64,000 nucleotides of DNA from an uncultured Pasteurellaceae bacterium (GTDB lineage: Bacteria; Pseudomonadota; Gammaproteobacteria; Enterobacterales; Pasteurellaceae): NCBI GenBank assembly GCA_963525745.1, contig CAURMH010000001.1, positions 3,793 through 67,792 of the forward strand, written 5' to 3'. Under the pieces are notes generated by a model. The model did no database searches. It was not told the origin of the DNA and worked only from the letters and a program-made list of their open reading frames with translations. Positions 32,392-43,841 of the stretch are shown piece by piece (positions within the stretch are counted from its first letter, which is position 1; every line of letters starts with the position of its first letter). The position numbers and the translations under genes are program-made.

Positions 32392-33279
32392 ATGGCTTGG
32401 ATTCAAATTCGCCTGAATAGTACCAACGAAAAGGCAGAGCAAATCAGTGATTTTTTAGAAGAAATCGGTTCGGTGTCGGTGACCTTTATGGACAGTCAGG
32501 ACACGCCGATTTTTGAGCCGTTGCCGGGGGAAACCCGCTTGTGGGGCAACACGGATGTGATTGCCTTATTCGATGCGGAAACCGATATGAAAGCGGTGGT
32601 GGAAGCGCTTAAGCAGGCGAAACACTTGGACGAGTATTCCGCCTACAAAATCGAACAAATCGAAGACAAAGACTGGGAGCGCGAGTGGATGGATAATTTC
32701 CACCCAATGCAATTCGGCAAACGTTTGTGGATTTGCCCAAGCTGGCGTGATGTGCCGGATCCGAATGCTGTGAACGTGATGTTAGATCCGGGCTTGGCGT
32801 TTGGCACAGGGACACACCCGACTACGGCACTTTGTTTGGAATGGCTTGATAGCTTAGATTTACAGGACAAAACGGTGATCGACTTTGGTTGTGGTTCCGG
32901 CATTTTAGCCATTGCGGCATTGAAGCTAGGCGCAAAAAGTGCGGTGGGTATTGATATTGATCCGCAAGCGATTTTAGCCAGCCGCAACAATGCGGAACAA
33001 AACGGCGTGGCGGATCGTTTGCAACTGTTTTTATCCGATGCAAAGCCGTCCGACTTGAAAGCTGATGTGGTGGTGGCAAATATTCTTGCCGGTCCTTTAA
33101 AAGCGCTTTATCCCGTGATCAGCCAACTGGTGAAACCGCATGGCGATTTGGGCTTGTCGGGCATTTTGGCAACACAGGCACAATCAGTGTGTGATGCTTA
33201 TGCCGAACGTTTTGTTTTGGCACCGGTGGCAGAACGCAAGGAGTGGTGTCGCATTACAGGTAAAGCCAATGTACTTTAA
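32392..33279 (+). CDS. prmA: Ribosomal protein L11 methyltransferase
   Basis: [11 protein letters not shown]-terminus and the SAM motif [16 protein letters not shown] at 32392 with an AGGA SD. Confidence 0.93.
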   Translation: MAWIQIRLNSTNEKAEQISDFLEEIGSVSVTFMDSQDTPIFEPLPGETRLWGNTDVIALFDAETDMKAVVEALKQAKHLDEYSAYKIEQIEDKDWEREWMDNFHPMQFGKRLWICPSWRDVPDPNAVNVMLDPGLAFGTGTHPTTALCLEWLDSLDLQDKTVIDFGCGSGILAIAALKLGAKSAVGIDIDPQAILASRNNAEQNGVADRLQLFLSDAKPSDLKADVVVANILAGPLKALYPVISQLVKPHGDLGLSGILATQAQSVCDAYAERFVLAPVAERKEWCRITGKANVL

Positions 33280-33419
33280 TTTGTTTTTGTCAATTAAAAA
33301 AAGTGTATTTTTTAAACAAAATCTACTTTGCAAGCTAAGTAAAAATGCGTATCATAGCGACCCTATCGATTTACTCCGCCGCTTAATTAGCCTACAAAGC
33401 GACCTGATGGAGAAGTAAA

Positions 33420-34400
33420 ATGCGAATTGGTTCTTATCAATTAAAAAATCGCATTTTATTGGCACCCATGGCGGGGATTACGGACTTTCCATTTAGAAAA
33501 ATTTGTGCCCATTACGGCGCAGGGCTGACTTTTTCTGAAATGATGTCCGCTAATCCGCAGATTTGGCATACGGAGAAATCGAAACTGCGTTTGGCTCATA
33601 GCCAAGAAATTGGTATTAATGCGGTTCAAATCGCAGGCGCAAATCCCCTTGAAATGGCCCGTGCTGCTGTTGTTAATACGGCGTATGGTGCTCAAATCAT
33701 TGACATCAACATGGGGTGTCCCGCTAAAAAAGTGAATCGGAAATTAGCGGGTTCGGCGCTTTTGCAATTTCCTGATTTGGTCGAAAAGATTTTAAAAGAA
33801 GTGGTGAATGCGGTTGATGTACCTGTCACATTAAAAATTCGGACAGGTTGGGATAAAGCCAATCGAAATTGCGTGCAGATTGCTCAGATAGCCGAGCAGT
33901 CGGGTATTCAGGCGTTAACGATTCACGGACGAACTCGAGCGTGTTTGTTTGAAGGCGAGGCTGAATATGACAATATCCGGGCGGTCAAACAAGTTGTTCG
34001 GATACCTGTCGTTGCAAATGGCGATATTGATTGTGCACAAAAAGCAAAATATGTTCTCAATTATACAGAGGCTGATGCGGTTATGATCGGACGCGCCGCT
34101 TTAGGTAATCCCTGGCTGTTTCAGTCATTGGAAGGGCTAATTGAGCATAATAAAATCATACCGGAACCAAGTTTATCGGAAAAGTGCGGTCAAATTCTTC
34201 GCCATATTGAATTGCTCCATCAATTTTATGGCGAGCAAAAAGGCTATCGCATCGCACGAAAGCACGTGGCTTGGTATTTGCAGGGAATTCAACCTAATTC
34301 CGTTTTTAAACAGACTTTTAATATGATTAGTACGACAGAAGAACAACTTATTGTATTGAAAGATTTTTTTAATTTTATATTGGATAAAGAAAAATGTTAG
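33420..34400 (+). CDS. dusB: tRNA-dihydrouridine synthase B
   Basis: [13 protein letters not shown] and MGCPAKKV motifs. It overlaps fis by 7 nt, as in the dusB-fis operon. Confidence 0.95.
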   Translation: MRIGSYQLKNRILLAPMAGITDFPFRKICAHYGAGLTFSEMMSANPQIWHTEKSKLRLAHSQEIGINAVQIAGANPLEMARAAVVNTAYGAQIIDINMGCPAKKVNRKLAGSALLQFPDLVEKILKEVVNAVDVPVTLKIRTGWDKANRNCVQIAQIAEQSGIQALTIHGRTRACLFEGEAEYDNIRAVKQVVRIPVVANGDIDCAQKAKYVLNYTEADAVMIGRAALGNPWLFQSLEGLIEHNKIIPEPSLSEKCGQILRHIELLHQFYGEQKGYRIARKHVAWYLQGIQPNSVFKQTFNMISTTEEQLIVLKDFFNFILDKEKC

Positions 34401-34690
34401 AACAACGTAATCCGGCTGAGGCACTCACCGTTTCAGTTTTAAATTCACAATCACAAGTAACCAATAAACCATTACGCGATTCGGTAAAACAAGCCTTACG
34501 TAACTATTTATCGCAATTAGGTGAGCAGGATGTTAACGATCTGTACGAATTGGTCCTGGCAGAAGTTGAACAACCTATGTTGGATATGATTATGCAATAT
34601 ACCCGTGGCAATCAAACCCGTGCGGCGAACATGCTGGGTATCAATCGTGGCACTTTACGCAAAAAATTGAAAAAATACGGAATGGGCTAG
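34394..34690 (+). CDS. fis: DNA-binding protein Fis
   Basis: C-terminal [29 protein letters not shown]; 98 aa. Confidence 0.97.
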   Translation: MLEQRNPAEALTVSVLNSQSQVTNKPLRDSVKQALRNYLSQLGEQDVNDLYELVLAEVEQPMLDMIMQYTRGNQTRAANMLGINRGTLRKKLKKYGMG

Positions 34691-34727
34691 AACCGTCGGA
34701 ATTTAACAATACACCAAAAATTGAATG

Positions 34728-34772
34728 ATTTGCACCTAGTACTCAACATGTATTCAGGTGCAAATTTTTTTT
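34728..34772 (+). terminator. Rho-independent terminator of dusB-fis
   Basis: ATTTGCACCT, an 18-nt loop, AGGTGCAAAT, then TTTTTTTT. Confidence 0.8.
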
Positions 34773-34883
34773 ACTTCAAATTGTTTTTTGTGGATAATAA
34801 AGGGGCAAGGTTTAACCCTATGATTTACTTAATATAACTTAAGAGAGGATATTTATCACAGGGCTTAGTTCTTTTACTTTCCG

Positions 34884-35228
34884 CTACGCTTTATTTGTCG
34901 GATATTCCCACCAAATATCAAATAATTCACTGATTTCAATTTGTTGTAATCCGTTAGTTTCGAGCCATTTTTTCACCAATTCGCGATGATTATCATCACA
35001 TTTGCCGATTTTTTCTAAGCATACCAAGCCTTCCCAGTGTAAATAACCGCTGCCTTCATAAGCCAGCCCGTTGGGTTGGATGACTTCAGCGATGAAACGA
35101 TCAACGATTTCATCGACGGTTTCGATTGTCGTACCTTCGGAAAATTGCCAATTAACCAGAAAACCTAATTCCTGAAATTCGGCAAGATGAAGTTTTTTGC
35201 GTTGACGCTGGTTATAGTGTTTAGACAT
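34884..35228 (-). CDS. yggL: DUF469 protein YggL
   Basis: 114 aa, N-terminus MSKHYNQRQRKKLHLAEFQELGF, downstream of trmB as in E. coli. Confidence 0.8.
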   Translation of the reverse strand: MSKHYNQRQRKKLHLAEFQELGFLVNWQFSEGTTIETVDEIVDRFIAEVIQPNGLAYEGSGYLHWEGLVCLEKIGKCDDNHRELVKKWLETNGLQQIEISELFDIWWEYPTNKA

Positions 35229-35363
35229 TTTGGTTCTCCTATTTTTGTTGACGGTGAATCGTTGCTGACAGTATGACCGGAAATAACAGGTGTTTTTGCA
35301 AAACTATCAAAAAATTAACCGCACTTTTGTCAAGTAGTGCAAATTTCCGCCAATATCAAGACA

Positions 35364-36149
35364 TTATTTTTTTACAAAATACAAATCCCATACGTTATGC
35401 CCAAGTTTATGCCCACGAGCTTCAAATTTGGTCGAAGGACGAAAATCCGGGCGTGGGATATATCCCCCGGTTTCGGCGGTGTTGAGCAAATGCGCATTGG
35501 CATTTAACACTTCCAACATTTGCTCCGCATAATTTTGCCAGTCCGTCGCCATGTGAACAAAGCCATTTTCGCTTAATTTTTGTACGATCTGTGCAACAAA
35601 GTGCGGTTGAACAATACGACGCTTTTGATGCTTTGCTTTATGCCACGGGTCAGGAAAGAATAATTGTAATCCGCTAAGCGAACCGTCTGAAACGCTATCG
35701 CGTAAAATTTCCGTGGCATCGTGACAAATAACGCGTAAATTGGTTACGCCTTTTTCCACTGCATAAGCAATGCAGGCACCAACGCCGGGCGTATGCACTT
35801 CGATGCCGAGATAATTTTTATCGGGATTCGCCGCCGCCATGTCCACTAAAGATTTCCCCATGCCGAAACCGATTTCTAAGATTACGGGGTTTTTATTGCC
35901 ATAAATTTTAGCAAAATCAAAAGGTTTCGATTGATAATTTAAGCCAAGCGCGGGCCAATGGGTATGGAGCATCGTTTTTTGAAATTCGCTTAAACGACCG
36001 GTACGCAGGACAAAACTGCGCACTTTACGCTTATAACGTCCGTCTTTGGTAAATTCTGCCATTTCGACAGTTTTGCGTTTTTGATCGGCAAAAGTCTCAA
36101 TCATAACTAAGTTCATTGACAAAGGAAAAAATTGGCTCGGATTATACAT
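35364..36149 (-). CDS. trmB: tRNA (guanine46-N7)-methyltransferase
   Basis: [26 protein letters not shown] and FFPDPWHK motifs. The true start is uncertain: Mets at 36149, 36116 and 36104, none with a good SD. Confidence 0.9.
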   Translation of the reverse strand: MYNPSQFFPLSMNLVMIETFADQKRKTVEMAEFTKDGRYKRKVRSFVLRTGRLSEFQKTMLHTHWPALGLNYQSKPFDFAKIYGNKNPVILEIGFGMGKSLVDMAAANPDKNYLGIEVHTPGVGACIAYAVEKGVTNLRVICHDATEILRDSVSDGSLSGLQLFFPDPWHKAKHQKRRIVQPHFVAQIVQKLSENGFVHMATDWQNYAEQMLEVLNANAHLLNTAETGGYIPRPDFRPSTKFEARGHKLGHNVWDLYFVKK

Positions 36150-36202
36150 GAAATCGGGCGCTTTTCCCGTATAATGCGCTAAATTTTTTGCTAAGGTTTA
36201 TT

Positions 36203-38392
36203 ATGAAAATCGTTCGTGTGGCATTAGCCGTGCCGCTCTCCCACTTATTTGATTATCTGGCGCCCGATGAATTGACATTATGCCTAGGCGGACGTGTGCT
36301 CGTGCCTTTTGGCCGCCAAACACGGGTGGCTATTGTGGTGGAAACCGCGGTGGAGTCCGAGTTGCCGATGGATAAATTAAAACCCATTATCAAGTCATTA
36401 GACAGCGAACCCGTTTTTTCGGCGGTTGTTTGGCGCTGGCTACATTGGGCGGCAAATTATTATCAGGCGGCATTGGGGGACGTCTTGTTTCAGGCCTTAC
36501 CGATAAAATTACGTAACGGCGAAAATCCGGTGAAAAATGACCGCACTTTTTGGCGAATCAGCATGGAAGGAAAGCAGGCGCTTTTACAAAACGAACTAAA
36601 GCGTTCAAGAAAGCAGGCCGAGGCGCTGCATTGTCTATTGCAACAAGATCTTGAAAAAGGAAAGAATGAATTTAATCCCACTATCTGGTCTGCGCTGAAA
36701 AGCAAACGCTTCATCACGGAAGTCATCCTTTCGGATGAACCCAAAACATGGCAACAGACATTAGGCACTAAACCAATCGTGAATACTGAAAATCGTTTGG
36801 TGCTCAACAAACAACAAGCTTTAGCCTTTAGCCGATTGGTGTTTCAACATGATTTTAACGTGTGGTTGTTGGATGGCGTGACGGGTTCCGGAAAAACGGA
36901 AATTTATCTTCAATATATTGAAGAAATTCTTAAATCAGGTAAACAAGTGCTGGTTTTGGTGCCGGAAATCGGGCTGACGCCGCAAACCGTTGAACGTTTT
37001 AAAGCGCGATTTAATGTCGAGATCGATGTACTTCACTCCAATTTAAACGATACGGAGCGTCTCAATGTGTGGGAACGCGCACGAACCGGACAAAGTGCGG
37101 TCGTTATCGGGACAAGATCGGCGCTTTTCACACAATTTACAAATTTAGGCGTGATTATCCTTGACGAAGAACATGACAGTTCATTTAAACAGCAGGAAGG
37201 ATGGCGTTACCATGCTCGCGATTTGGCCATTCTCTTAGCGCAACGCTTATCCATACCGATTCTATTGGGGTCGGCAACGCCGAGCCTAGAAAGCTTGAAT
37301 AATGTACAAAACGGCAAATATAAGCATTTGGTTCTGTCAAAAAGAGCGGGAAATTCGACCGCACTTCACCAATTTATGATTGATTTAAAAAATCAACCTG
37401 TCCAAAATGGTTTGTCACAGCCCCTTCTGGCACGTATGAAAAGTCATTTGGAAAAAGGTAATCAGGTGATGCTATTTTTGAATCGCCGCGGCTTTGCACC
37501 GGTTCTTTTGTGTCATGAATGCGGTTGGATAGCGCAATGCCTGCACTGCGAAAAACCGTATACTTATTATCAACAGCAACGCGTGTTGCGCTGCCATCAT
37601 TGTGGTGCGCAACAGGCCATTCCGCGGCAATGCAATGATTGCGGTTCCACGAATTTAGTTACGACCGGGCTTGGAACGGAACAGTTGGAAGAGGCGCTAA
37701 AGGCGCAATTTCCAAACTATTCCATTGCCCGAATCGATCGCGATAGTACGGCGCGTAAAGGACGGCTGGAGGGTTATTTGGACGCGATACGCCAGGGCAA
37801 AAGCCACATTCTGATCGGCACGCAAATGCTTGCTAAAGGACATCATTTTCCTAATGTGACGCTGGTTGCATTAGTGAATGTAGACAGCGCACTTTTTTCC
37901 TTAGATTTTCGTGCCGAAGAACGCCTGGCGCAGCTTTATGTACAAGTGGCCGGCCGTGCGGGGAGAATGGAAAAACAAGGGGAAGTCGTCCTACAAACCC
38001 ACTATCCTGATCATCCGCTTTTGACCACATTGTTGGAAAAAGGTTATGGTGAATTTGCACAGGAAGCGCTGAAATTACGTCGTCATATGGGGCTGCCGCC
38101 TTTTAGCTTTCAGGCTTTATTCAGAACGCAAAGCCGCGCATCCGATGAAGCGGAAAAATCTTTGAGACAATTGGCTGAATTTTTTTATTCACAGCAAGTC
38201 GAAGGACTACAAATTCTCGGGCCGCTCCCGGCGCCCTTTAGCAAAAAGGCGGGACAATATCGTTGGCAGCTGCTATTGCAACATCATTCCCGTAACAAAC
38301 TCCATTATGCCTTAAATCTCTATGCCCGTGCAGAGATGAAATTCTCTCAAGTGCGGTTGATTTTGGACGTGGATCCGTTTGATTTAAGCTAG
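36203..38392 (+). CDS. priA: Primosomal replication-restart helicase PriA
   Basis: Walker A GVTGSGKTE, a DEEH box and the Cys-rich zinc region CHECGW..CLHC..CHHCG..CNDCG. ATG at 36203 with an AAGG SD. Confidence 0.95.
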   Translation: MKIVRVALAVPLSHLFDYLAPDELTLCLGGRVLVPFGRQTRVAIVVETAVESELPMDKLKPIIKSLDSEPVFSAVVWRWLHWAANYYQAALGDVLFQALPIKLRNGENPVKNDRTFWRISMEGKQALLQNELKRSRKQAEALHCLLQQDLEKGKNEFNPTIWSALKSKRFITEVILSDEPKTWQQTLGTKPIVNTENRLVLNKQQALAFSRLVFQHDFNVWLLDGVTGSGKTEIYLQYIEEILKSGKQVLVLVPEIGLTPQTVERFKARFNVEIDVLHSNLNDTERLNVWERARTGQSAVVIGTRSALFTQFTNLGVIILDEEHDSSFKQQEGWRYHARDLAILLAQRLSIPILLGSATPSLESLNNVQNGKYKHLVLSKRAGNSTALHQFMIDLKNQPVQNGLSQPLLARMKSHLEKGNQVMLFLNRRGFAPVLLCHECGWIAQCLHCEKPYTYYQQQRVLRCHHCGAQQAIPRQCNDCGSTNLVTTGLGTEQLEEALKAQFPNYSIARIDRDSTARKGRLEGYLDAIRQGKSHILIGTQMLAKGHHFPNVTLVALVNVDSALFSLDFRAEERLAQLYVQVAGRAGRMEKQGEVVLQTHYPDHPLLTTLLEKGYGEFAQEALKLRRHMGLPPFSFQALFRTQSRASDEAEKSLRQLAEFFYSQQVEGLQILGPLPAPFSKKAGQYRWQLLLQHHSRNKLHYALNLYARAEMKFSQVRLILDVDPFDLS

Positions 38393-38492
38393 GCGGGAAA
38401 ATGTCGAGTGCTGGTAAAATAAACCGTTTTTAAGTAAAATCAGTGCGTTTTTAATAAAACGTTAGTCCATTCATTAGTTTAGGAAAATCATT

Positions 38493-39266
38493 GTGGCTCA
38501 TCGAGATTTTGCCGGTCGCCGCGGCGGAAATAATAAGAATAAACCGGTTTCCAAAGGAAATAAGCGTATTTTAGTGGCTACGGCAGTGATTGTTGTCGTC
38601 GCTTTTGGCATGGGGTTATATTTTTTAAAAAATAAAACGCCGGAACCCATTAAAATTCCGACTACGGCTGAAAAAACAGCCCCAAAAAGCGTTTTACCCA
38701 ATCGACCGGAAGAAGTATGGAGCTATATTAAAGCACTTGAAACCCGAACGGTGCCGGTAGGCAATACGCCGAATGTTATCGAAAAAAATATGCGTCTGAC
38801 GGAAGAACAGCGTAAGAATTTACTTGAAATGAAGCAAGCGGAAGAAGCCAAAAAATTAGAAGAGCAGCGTAAACAAGCCGCCATAAAGAAAGACGAAGGG
38901 AATTCTGTACAAATCATTAATAACAGTATTTCTGCCCCAAATGATACGCAAGTGCAACCGAAAATCTCAACGGCCAAAACGGATCCCGCGTCGGAAGTAA
39001 TAAAAAAGACGGAAACTAAACCGTCGGATAGCAAACCGCCCACAGAAAATGCGAAAAAATTCGGCTTACAATGCGGTGCCTTTAAAAATCGGGCTCAGGC
39101 TGAAAGTTTACAAGGGCGTTTGGCAATGACCGGATTAAATGCGCAAATTACGACAAGCGGTGAATGGAATCGCGTTCGTCTCGGTGGCTATGAAAGCCGC
39201 GACGCCGCAACCCAGGCACAAGAAAAAGCAAAATTAATCGTTAATTGTGTTGTTATTGGTATGTAG
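38493..39266 (+). CDS. ftsN: Cell-division protein FtsN-like (N-terminal TM anchor, K/E/Q-rich linker, C-terminal SPOR domain)
   Basis: GTG start with an AGGAAAA SD. TM helix ILVATAVIVVVAFGMGLYF. C-terminus FGLQCGAFKNRAQAESLQGRLAMTGL..NRVRLGGYESRDAATQA is SPOR-like. It follows priA. Confidence 0.75.
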   Translation: MAHRDFAGRRGGNNKNKPVSKGNKRILVATAVIVVVAFGMGLYFLKNKTPEPIKIPTTAEKTAPKSVLPNRPEEVWSYIKALETRTVPVGNTPNVIEKNMRLTEEQRKNLLEMKQAEEAKKLEEQRKQAAIKKDEGNSVQIINNSISAPNDTQVQPKISTAKTDPASEVIKKTETKPSDSKPPTENAKKFGLQCGAFKNRAQAESLQGRLAMTGLNAQITTSGEWNRVRLGGYESRDAATQAQEKAKLIVNCVVIGM

Positions 39267-39374
39267 TGGCGGTGTCCCCTTCCCGATTTTGATGTGCCAA
39301 ATAGAAGCGTTGGCTTAACCGCCGGCGCTTTTTGATTTTTCAGATTTTTAAAGAATTTTCACCGCACTTTACCT

Positions 39375-40034
39375 CTAAAAATCGACCTTTGTTCGGAAGG
39401 TTATTGGTTCACTGGTGATAGGGTGAGTGATGCTTAATTGTTCGGCATGTAAACACAAACGTGATGCCATGCTTTTGGCCGAGGGATGCGCATAGAATTT
39501 ATCGCCTAAAATAGGGTGTCCTTGTGCCAACATATGCAAACGAAGCTGATGTGAACGGCCAGTAATCGGTGTCAGTTTTACCCGGGTGCTATTATTCGGT
39601 AAGCGTTCCAAAACCTCGAATTTTGTGACCGCTCTTTTACCAAAGACGAAATCTAAACGCTGGCGCGGTCGGTTTTCCCAGTCACAAATCATCGGTAAAT
39701 TAATCTCTCCCTTATCCTGTGCAAGATGCCCCCATACTAAAGCTTGATAATATTTCTTCGGCTCGCGTTCACGAAATTGACGTTTGAGCTCTTTATCGGC
39801 GGCTTTGCTCAACGCAAATAGAAGAATGCCGCTGGTCGCCATATCGAGGCGATGCGCCGGTTCACAGAAACCGAATTTTTCTTTCACGCGACTCATGGCG
39901 CTATCGTAGTATTGTGGCTGATTGCCTGGCACGGAAAGTAAGCCGCTGGGTTTATTTACTACGCAGAGATGATTATCATGATAAATAATATCTAAATAAG
40001 GTTCTTGCGGAGGGTGATAGTCAATAAGCGCCAT
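39375..40034 (-). CDS. rluA: Dual-specificity RNA pseudouridine synthase RluA
   Basis: HRLDMATSG catalytic motif; 219 aa; directly downstream of rapA as in E. coli. Confidence 0.92.
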   Translation of the reverse strand: MALIDYHPPQEPYLDIIYHDNHLCVVNKPSGLLSVPGNQPQYYDSAMSRVKEKFGFCEPAHRLDMATSGILLFALSKAADKELKRQFREREPKKYYQALVWGHLAQDKGEINLPMICDWENRPRQRLDFVFGKRAVTKFEVLERLPNNSTRVKLTPITGRSHQLRLHMLAQGHPILGDKFYAHPSAKSMASRLCLHAEQLSITHPITSEPITFRTKVDF

Positions 40035-40041
40035 ATTTATT

Positions 40042-42825
40042 TTATTCCTGATTGCTGATAATTACGCGTAAACTGTCCAAACGCCATGTCGCGTTAGCTA
40101 ATACACATAAAGATTGCGTATGTTGTGCCGCTAATAGATCGATTTCGTTTTGGCGAATATTTTTGTTGATCATTTTTAAGGCGCGTAAGCGATTAAGTTC
40201 CGCACTAAGCGTTTTATCCGCGACTTGCCGAGCATTTTTGATCGATCGCTGCACAAGCGGCCGAATCGTTTTTTCTCCTACATTAAATAATTGTGTGAGG
40301 AGCGGACGTGCCGTGTTAATTATTTGATTAGCAACGCCCTTGTTAAGCGGTTTAAGTTTACTATTCAATGTTTCAAAAGAAATTTGTTCGGCAAGGTTGT
40401 TGCCTTTTTGATCAAGTAATAAACGAATTGGTGTCGGCGGCAGAAAACGATTCAGTTGTAGCCCTTTCGGCGATTGAGTTTCTACGATATAAATCAGTTC
40501 CAATAATAAGGTGCCGGTCGGCAAGTGTTGATTAATTAACAGTGCCGTTGCGGCTTTTCCGATGTCGCCCGAGGCGATGAGATCAATGCCTTGGCGAATG
40601 ATCGGATGATCCCAGGTTAAAAATTCGATGTCTTCGCGCGCAAGAGCAAGCTTGCGATCAAACGTTACGGTCAGGCCTTCTTCTTTCAAGCCCGGGAAAT
40701 CCGGCACGAGCATGGTGCCGGTTGGTGTGATAACAATGCTGCTTTCGCCTAACTCTTCCTGCTCTACGCCGATAATGTCAAATAAATCTAGGGCAAAATC
40801 GACCAATGCCTTTTCATTATCCTGTGCGGCGATTTGCTCGGCGAGTCGTTTGGCTTGTTGGCTTCCGTTGGAATTGAGTTCCAACAGGCGATCACGCCCC
40901 TGTTCCAATTCGACTTTAAGTTGCTCACGTGCTTTTTGTGTATCGGCAATCAGTGTTTCTACTTCGGAAAGTACGGTCAAATTTGACCGTACTTTTTCTA
41001 AGCGCTCGGCAAAATGTTCAAATAATGCCGTTCCCATTGGGCAAGTTTGTGCAAACGCATTCAAGCCTTCATGATACCAACGCGCCAGCCAATAATCGGG
41101 CGAATCGGTGACACAGGGGGCATAAATCTGCACATCACGCAATTGCCCGATGCGATCCAGCCGACCGATACATTGTTCCAATAAGTCCGGATTATGCGGC
41201 AAATCAAATAACACTAATGTACAGGCAAACTGGAAATTACGCCCTTCCGAGCCGATATTGGAACTGAGCAATACCTGTGCTCCCTTTTCCCTATCCGCAA
41301 AGTAAGCCGCCGCACGATCTCGCTCAATAATCGACATTTTTTCATGAAATACCGCCGCTCGGATCGCTTCTTTTTCGCGTAGAATTTGTTCTAACCGAAT
41401 CGCTGTTTGTGCCTGTTGGCAAATCACAAAAATTTTTTCAACGCGCCGTGTTTTGACGAAATCCAATAACCATTGTATTTTCACCGAAGGCACCGGTGCG
41501 TCATGTTGCGCCATGAGCGTGATTTGATGATAAATTCGGCGTGGGAAACCTTTCACACTTTGGCGCGTATTACGAAACAAGAGGCGTCCTGTGCCATGGC
41601 GATCGATTAAAAGTCGAATGAGTTTGCGGCGCGCCTCTTCGGCTTCCTCCTTGGCAGTCGAATTTATGAGACAAAAAAGTTCAGCCGCATCCCGTTCGTT
41701 TAATAACGCCAAAATATGTTCTTTTTCGACCGCACTTAGGCGCTTATCGCTCAGTAAAGATTGTACGGCATCCGCTACCGGTCGATAATTTTGCTGCTCT
41801 TTTTGAAATTCGTCATAATCAAAAAATCGCTCCGGATCCAGCAAGCGCAAGCGTGCAAAATGACTCTCCCGCCCCAATTGCTCCGGCGTAGCGGTAAGCA
41901 ATAATACGGATGGAATGGCTAGTGCCAGCTGTTCGACCAGCAGATACGGCTTACTGGGTTCAGTTTCCGACCACACGAGGTGATGCGCTTCATCGACAAT
42001 CAAACAATCAAAATCGGCCGCCAGCGCTTGTTTTGCCCTGACAGGCGATTTCACCAACCAATCTAATGCACAAATAATCAGGGATTCTGAGTTAAATGGA
42101 TTTTCACCGGTCGTGGCAAAATCGGCACAACGAGCTTCATCAAATAATGAAAAAGGTAAATTAAAACGACGTAGCATTTCCACCAGCCATTGGTGCTGAA
42201 GGCTTTCAGGCACCAAAATTAATACACGCCGAATTTTTTCGGCGAACAATTGGCTTTGTAAAATCATGCCCGCTTCAATCGTTTTCCCCAACCCCACCTC
42301 ATCGGCAAGCAATACGCGCGGGTTTATTCGATTTCCCACTTCGGAAGCAATATGCAACTGGTGCGGAATTAACCCCGCCCGAATACCCCGCAAGCCACGT
42401 AGGGGGGATTGAAATTGCGCTTGCTGGTGTTGCAATGTCCGATAACGCAAGGCGAAATGATGGCTGCGCTCCAATTGTGCCGAAAAGAGGCGATATTTCG
42501 CCGAACTAAAAGAAATCAGCGGAGAAATTTCACGTTCTTGTACCGAGACTTCATCACCTTGGTTATTTTTGACTAAATAAACAATGATGTCATTTACCTC
42601 TTGACTCGCCAATACCTCGCCTTGCCAGCCTTGCTGATGTAAAAAAGCGTCACCTTTACTCAGCGTAAAACGGATCAATGGCGCATGGGATTGTGCATAG
42701 GTGCGTGTTTCATCCGACGCGGGAAAATAAAGAGTGATTGAACGATGATCAAAGGCGGTCACGCACCCTAAGCCTAGATTGCTTTCACTTTCACTTAGCC
42801 AACGTTGGCCAACGGCGAATAACAT
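40042..42825 (-). CDS. rapA: RNA polymerase-associated SWI2/SNF2 ATPase RapA (HepA)
   Basis: [15 protein letters not shown] and IVDEAHHL helicase motifs; 927 aa. Confidence 0.95.
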   Translation of the reverse strand: MLFAVGQRWLSESESNLGLGCVTAFDHRSITLYFPASDETRTYAQSHAPLIRFTLSKGDAFLHQQGWQGEVLASQEVNDIIVYLVKNNQGDEVSVQEREISPLISFSSAKYRLFSAQLERSHHFALRYRTLQHQQAQFQSPLRGLRGIRAGLIPHQLHIASEVGNRINPRVLLADEVGLGKTIEAGMILQSQLFAEKIRRVLILVPESLQHQWLVEMLRRFNLPFSLFDEARCADFATTGENPFNSESLIICALDWLVKSPVRAKQALAADFDCLIVDEAHHLVWSETEPSKPYLLVEQLALAIPSVLLLTATPEQLGRESHFARLRLLDPERFFDYDEFQKEQQNYRPVADAVQSLLSDKRLSAVEKEHILALLNERDAAELFCLINSTAKEEAEEARRKLIRLLIDRHGTGRLLFRNTRQSVKGFPRRIYHQITLMAQHDAPVPSVKIQWLLDFVKTRRVEKIFVICQQAQTAIRLEQILREKEAIRAAVFHEKMSIIERDRAAAYFADREKGAQVLLSSNIGSEGRNFQFACTLVLFDLPHNPDLLEQCIGRLDRIGQLRDVQIYAPCVTDSPDYWLARWYHEGLNAFAQTCPMGTALFEHFAERLEKVRSNLTVLSEVETLIADTQKAREQLKVELEQGRDRLLELNSNGSQQAKRLAEQIAAQDNEKALVDFALDLFDIIGVEQEELGESSIVITPTGTMLVPDFPGLKEEGLTVTFDRKLALAREDIEFLTWDHPIIRQGIDLIASGDIGKAATALLINQHLPTGTLLLELIYIVETQSPKGLQLNRFLPPTPIRLLLDQKGNNLAEQISFETLNSKLKPLNKGVANQIINTARPLLTQLFNVGEKTIRPLVQRSIKNARQVADKTLSAELNRLRALKMINKNIRQNEIDLLAAQHTQSLCVLANATWRLDSLRVIISNQE

Positions 42826-43011
42826 ACGGTTCTCTTTTGTTCTATCTACATAACATTTGTGTCATTCTATCCCGATTTAAATCTAAAATAAATGTAATAT
42901 ATATATTACTAATATGTAGATATACTAAGAAAATTCACAATAAATAATATTTATACTTGACCAATAAAAAGTGCGGTGCAAAAATAACGCTATTTTTTAC
43001 GGAGGGAAACA

Positions 43012-43701
43012 ATGACTTTATTACATCAAGTAAAAGAAGAATTATTCAGCGGTTGGAAATCCTTTGAAGTATTTTGGTTAATCTTGTTTCTTGCGGCGCA
43101 AATTGTAGCTTATATACTTACGCCTGATTCCTTATTGGCGATGATTTCCGGTATTGCGGGAGTCATTTGTGTCGTATTTGTCGGAAAAGGAAAAATAAGC
43201 AATTATTTATTTGGCTTAATCTTTGCTTATACTTATTTTTATGTTGCATGGCGCGCCAATTTTATCGGCGAAATGAATTCTGTGCTTTATATTTATTTGC
43301 CTGCGCAATTTATCGGTTACTTTATGTGGAAAGCGAATTTACATCAAGATACCCAAGGAAATAAACTGATTGAAGCGAAAGCATTAACAAAAAGCGGCTG
43401 GTTAATTGTCATTTCGGCGATGATTATCGGTACATTTTTATTAACACAAGCATTAACCGCGGTCGGCGGCCGCTCCGCCGGATTAGACGGGCTAACCACG
43501 ATGATTACCTTTACCGCTCAATTACTAATGATTTTACGTTACCGAGAACAATGGCTTTTGTGGATTTTATTAAATGTTCTGTCAATTAAATTATGGGCGG
43601 AAACACCGGCAATGTATTTAATGTATAGTGCATATTTGTTAAATTCGCTTTATGGCTACTATAATTGGATAAAATTAACAAAACACGCCGGAGTGCGATA
43701 A
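43012..43701 (+). CDS. pnuC: Nicotinamide riboside transporter PnuC
   Basis: 229-aa protein with 7-8 helices, W-rich helices and a C-terminal YGYYNW pattern typical of PnuC. Confidence 0.85.
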   Translation: MTLLHQVKEELFSGWKSFEVFWLILFLAAQIVAYILTPDSLLAMISGIAGVICVVFVGKGKISNYLFGLIFAYTYFYVAWRANFIGEMNSVLYIYLPAQFIGYFMWKANLHQDTQGNKLIEAKALTKSGWLIVISAMIIGTFLLTQALTAVGGRSAGLDGLTTMITFTAQLLMILRYREQWLLWILLNVLSIKLWAETPAMYLMYSAYLLNSLYGYYNWIKLTKHAGVR

Positions 43702-43841
43702 TATTTTCCGAAACGCCCTCATTTTTGACCGCACTTTTACCCCTATTATCTTTGGTGCCGCCAGATTGTTATTGTATGTGAATTTCATTAAAATAGAGGC
43801 AAATTTCAGAGCGATTAACATGAGTTTTAAGGGTAATTTTT

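Noticed and set aside
34789-34797. Perfect DnaA box TGTGGATAA in the fis/yggL spacer, considered as a possible oriC.
   Set aside because: It is a single box only. There is no cluster of DnaA boxes, no AT-rich 13-mer array and no flanking origin-associated genes.
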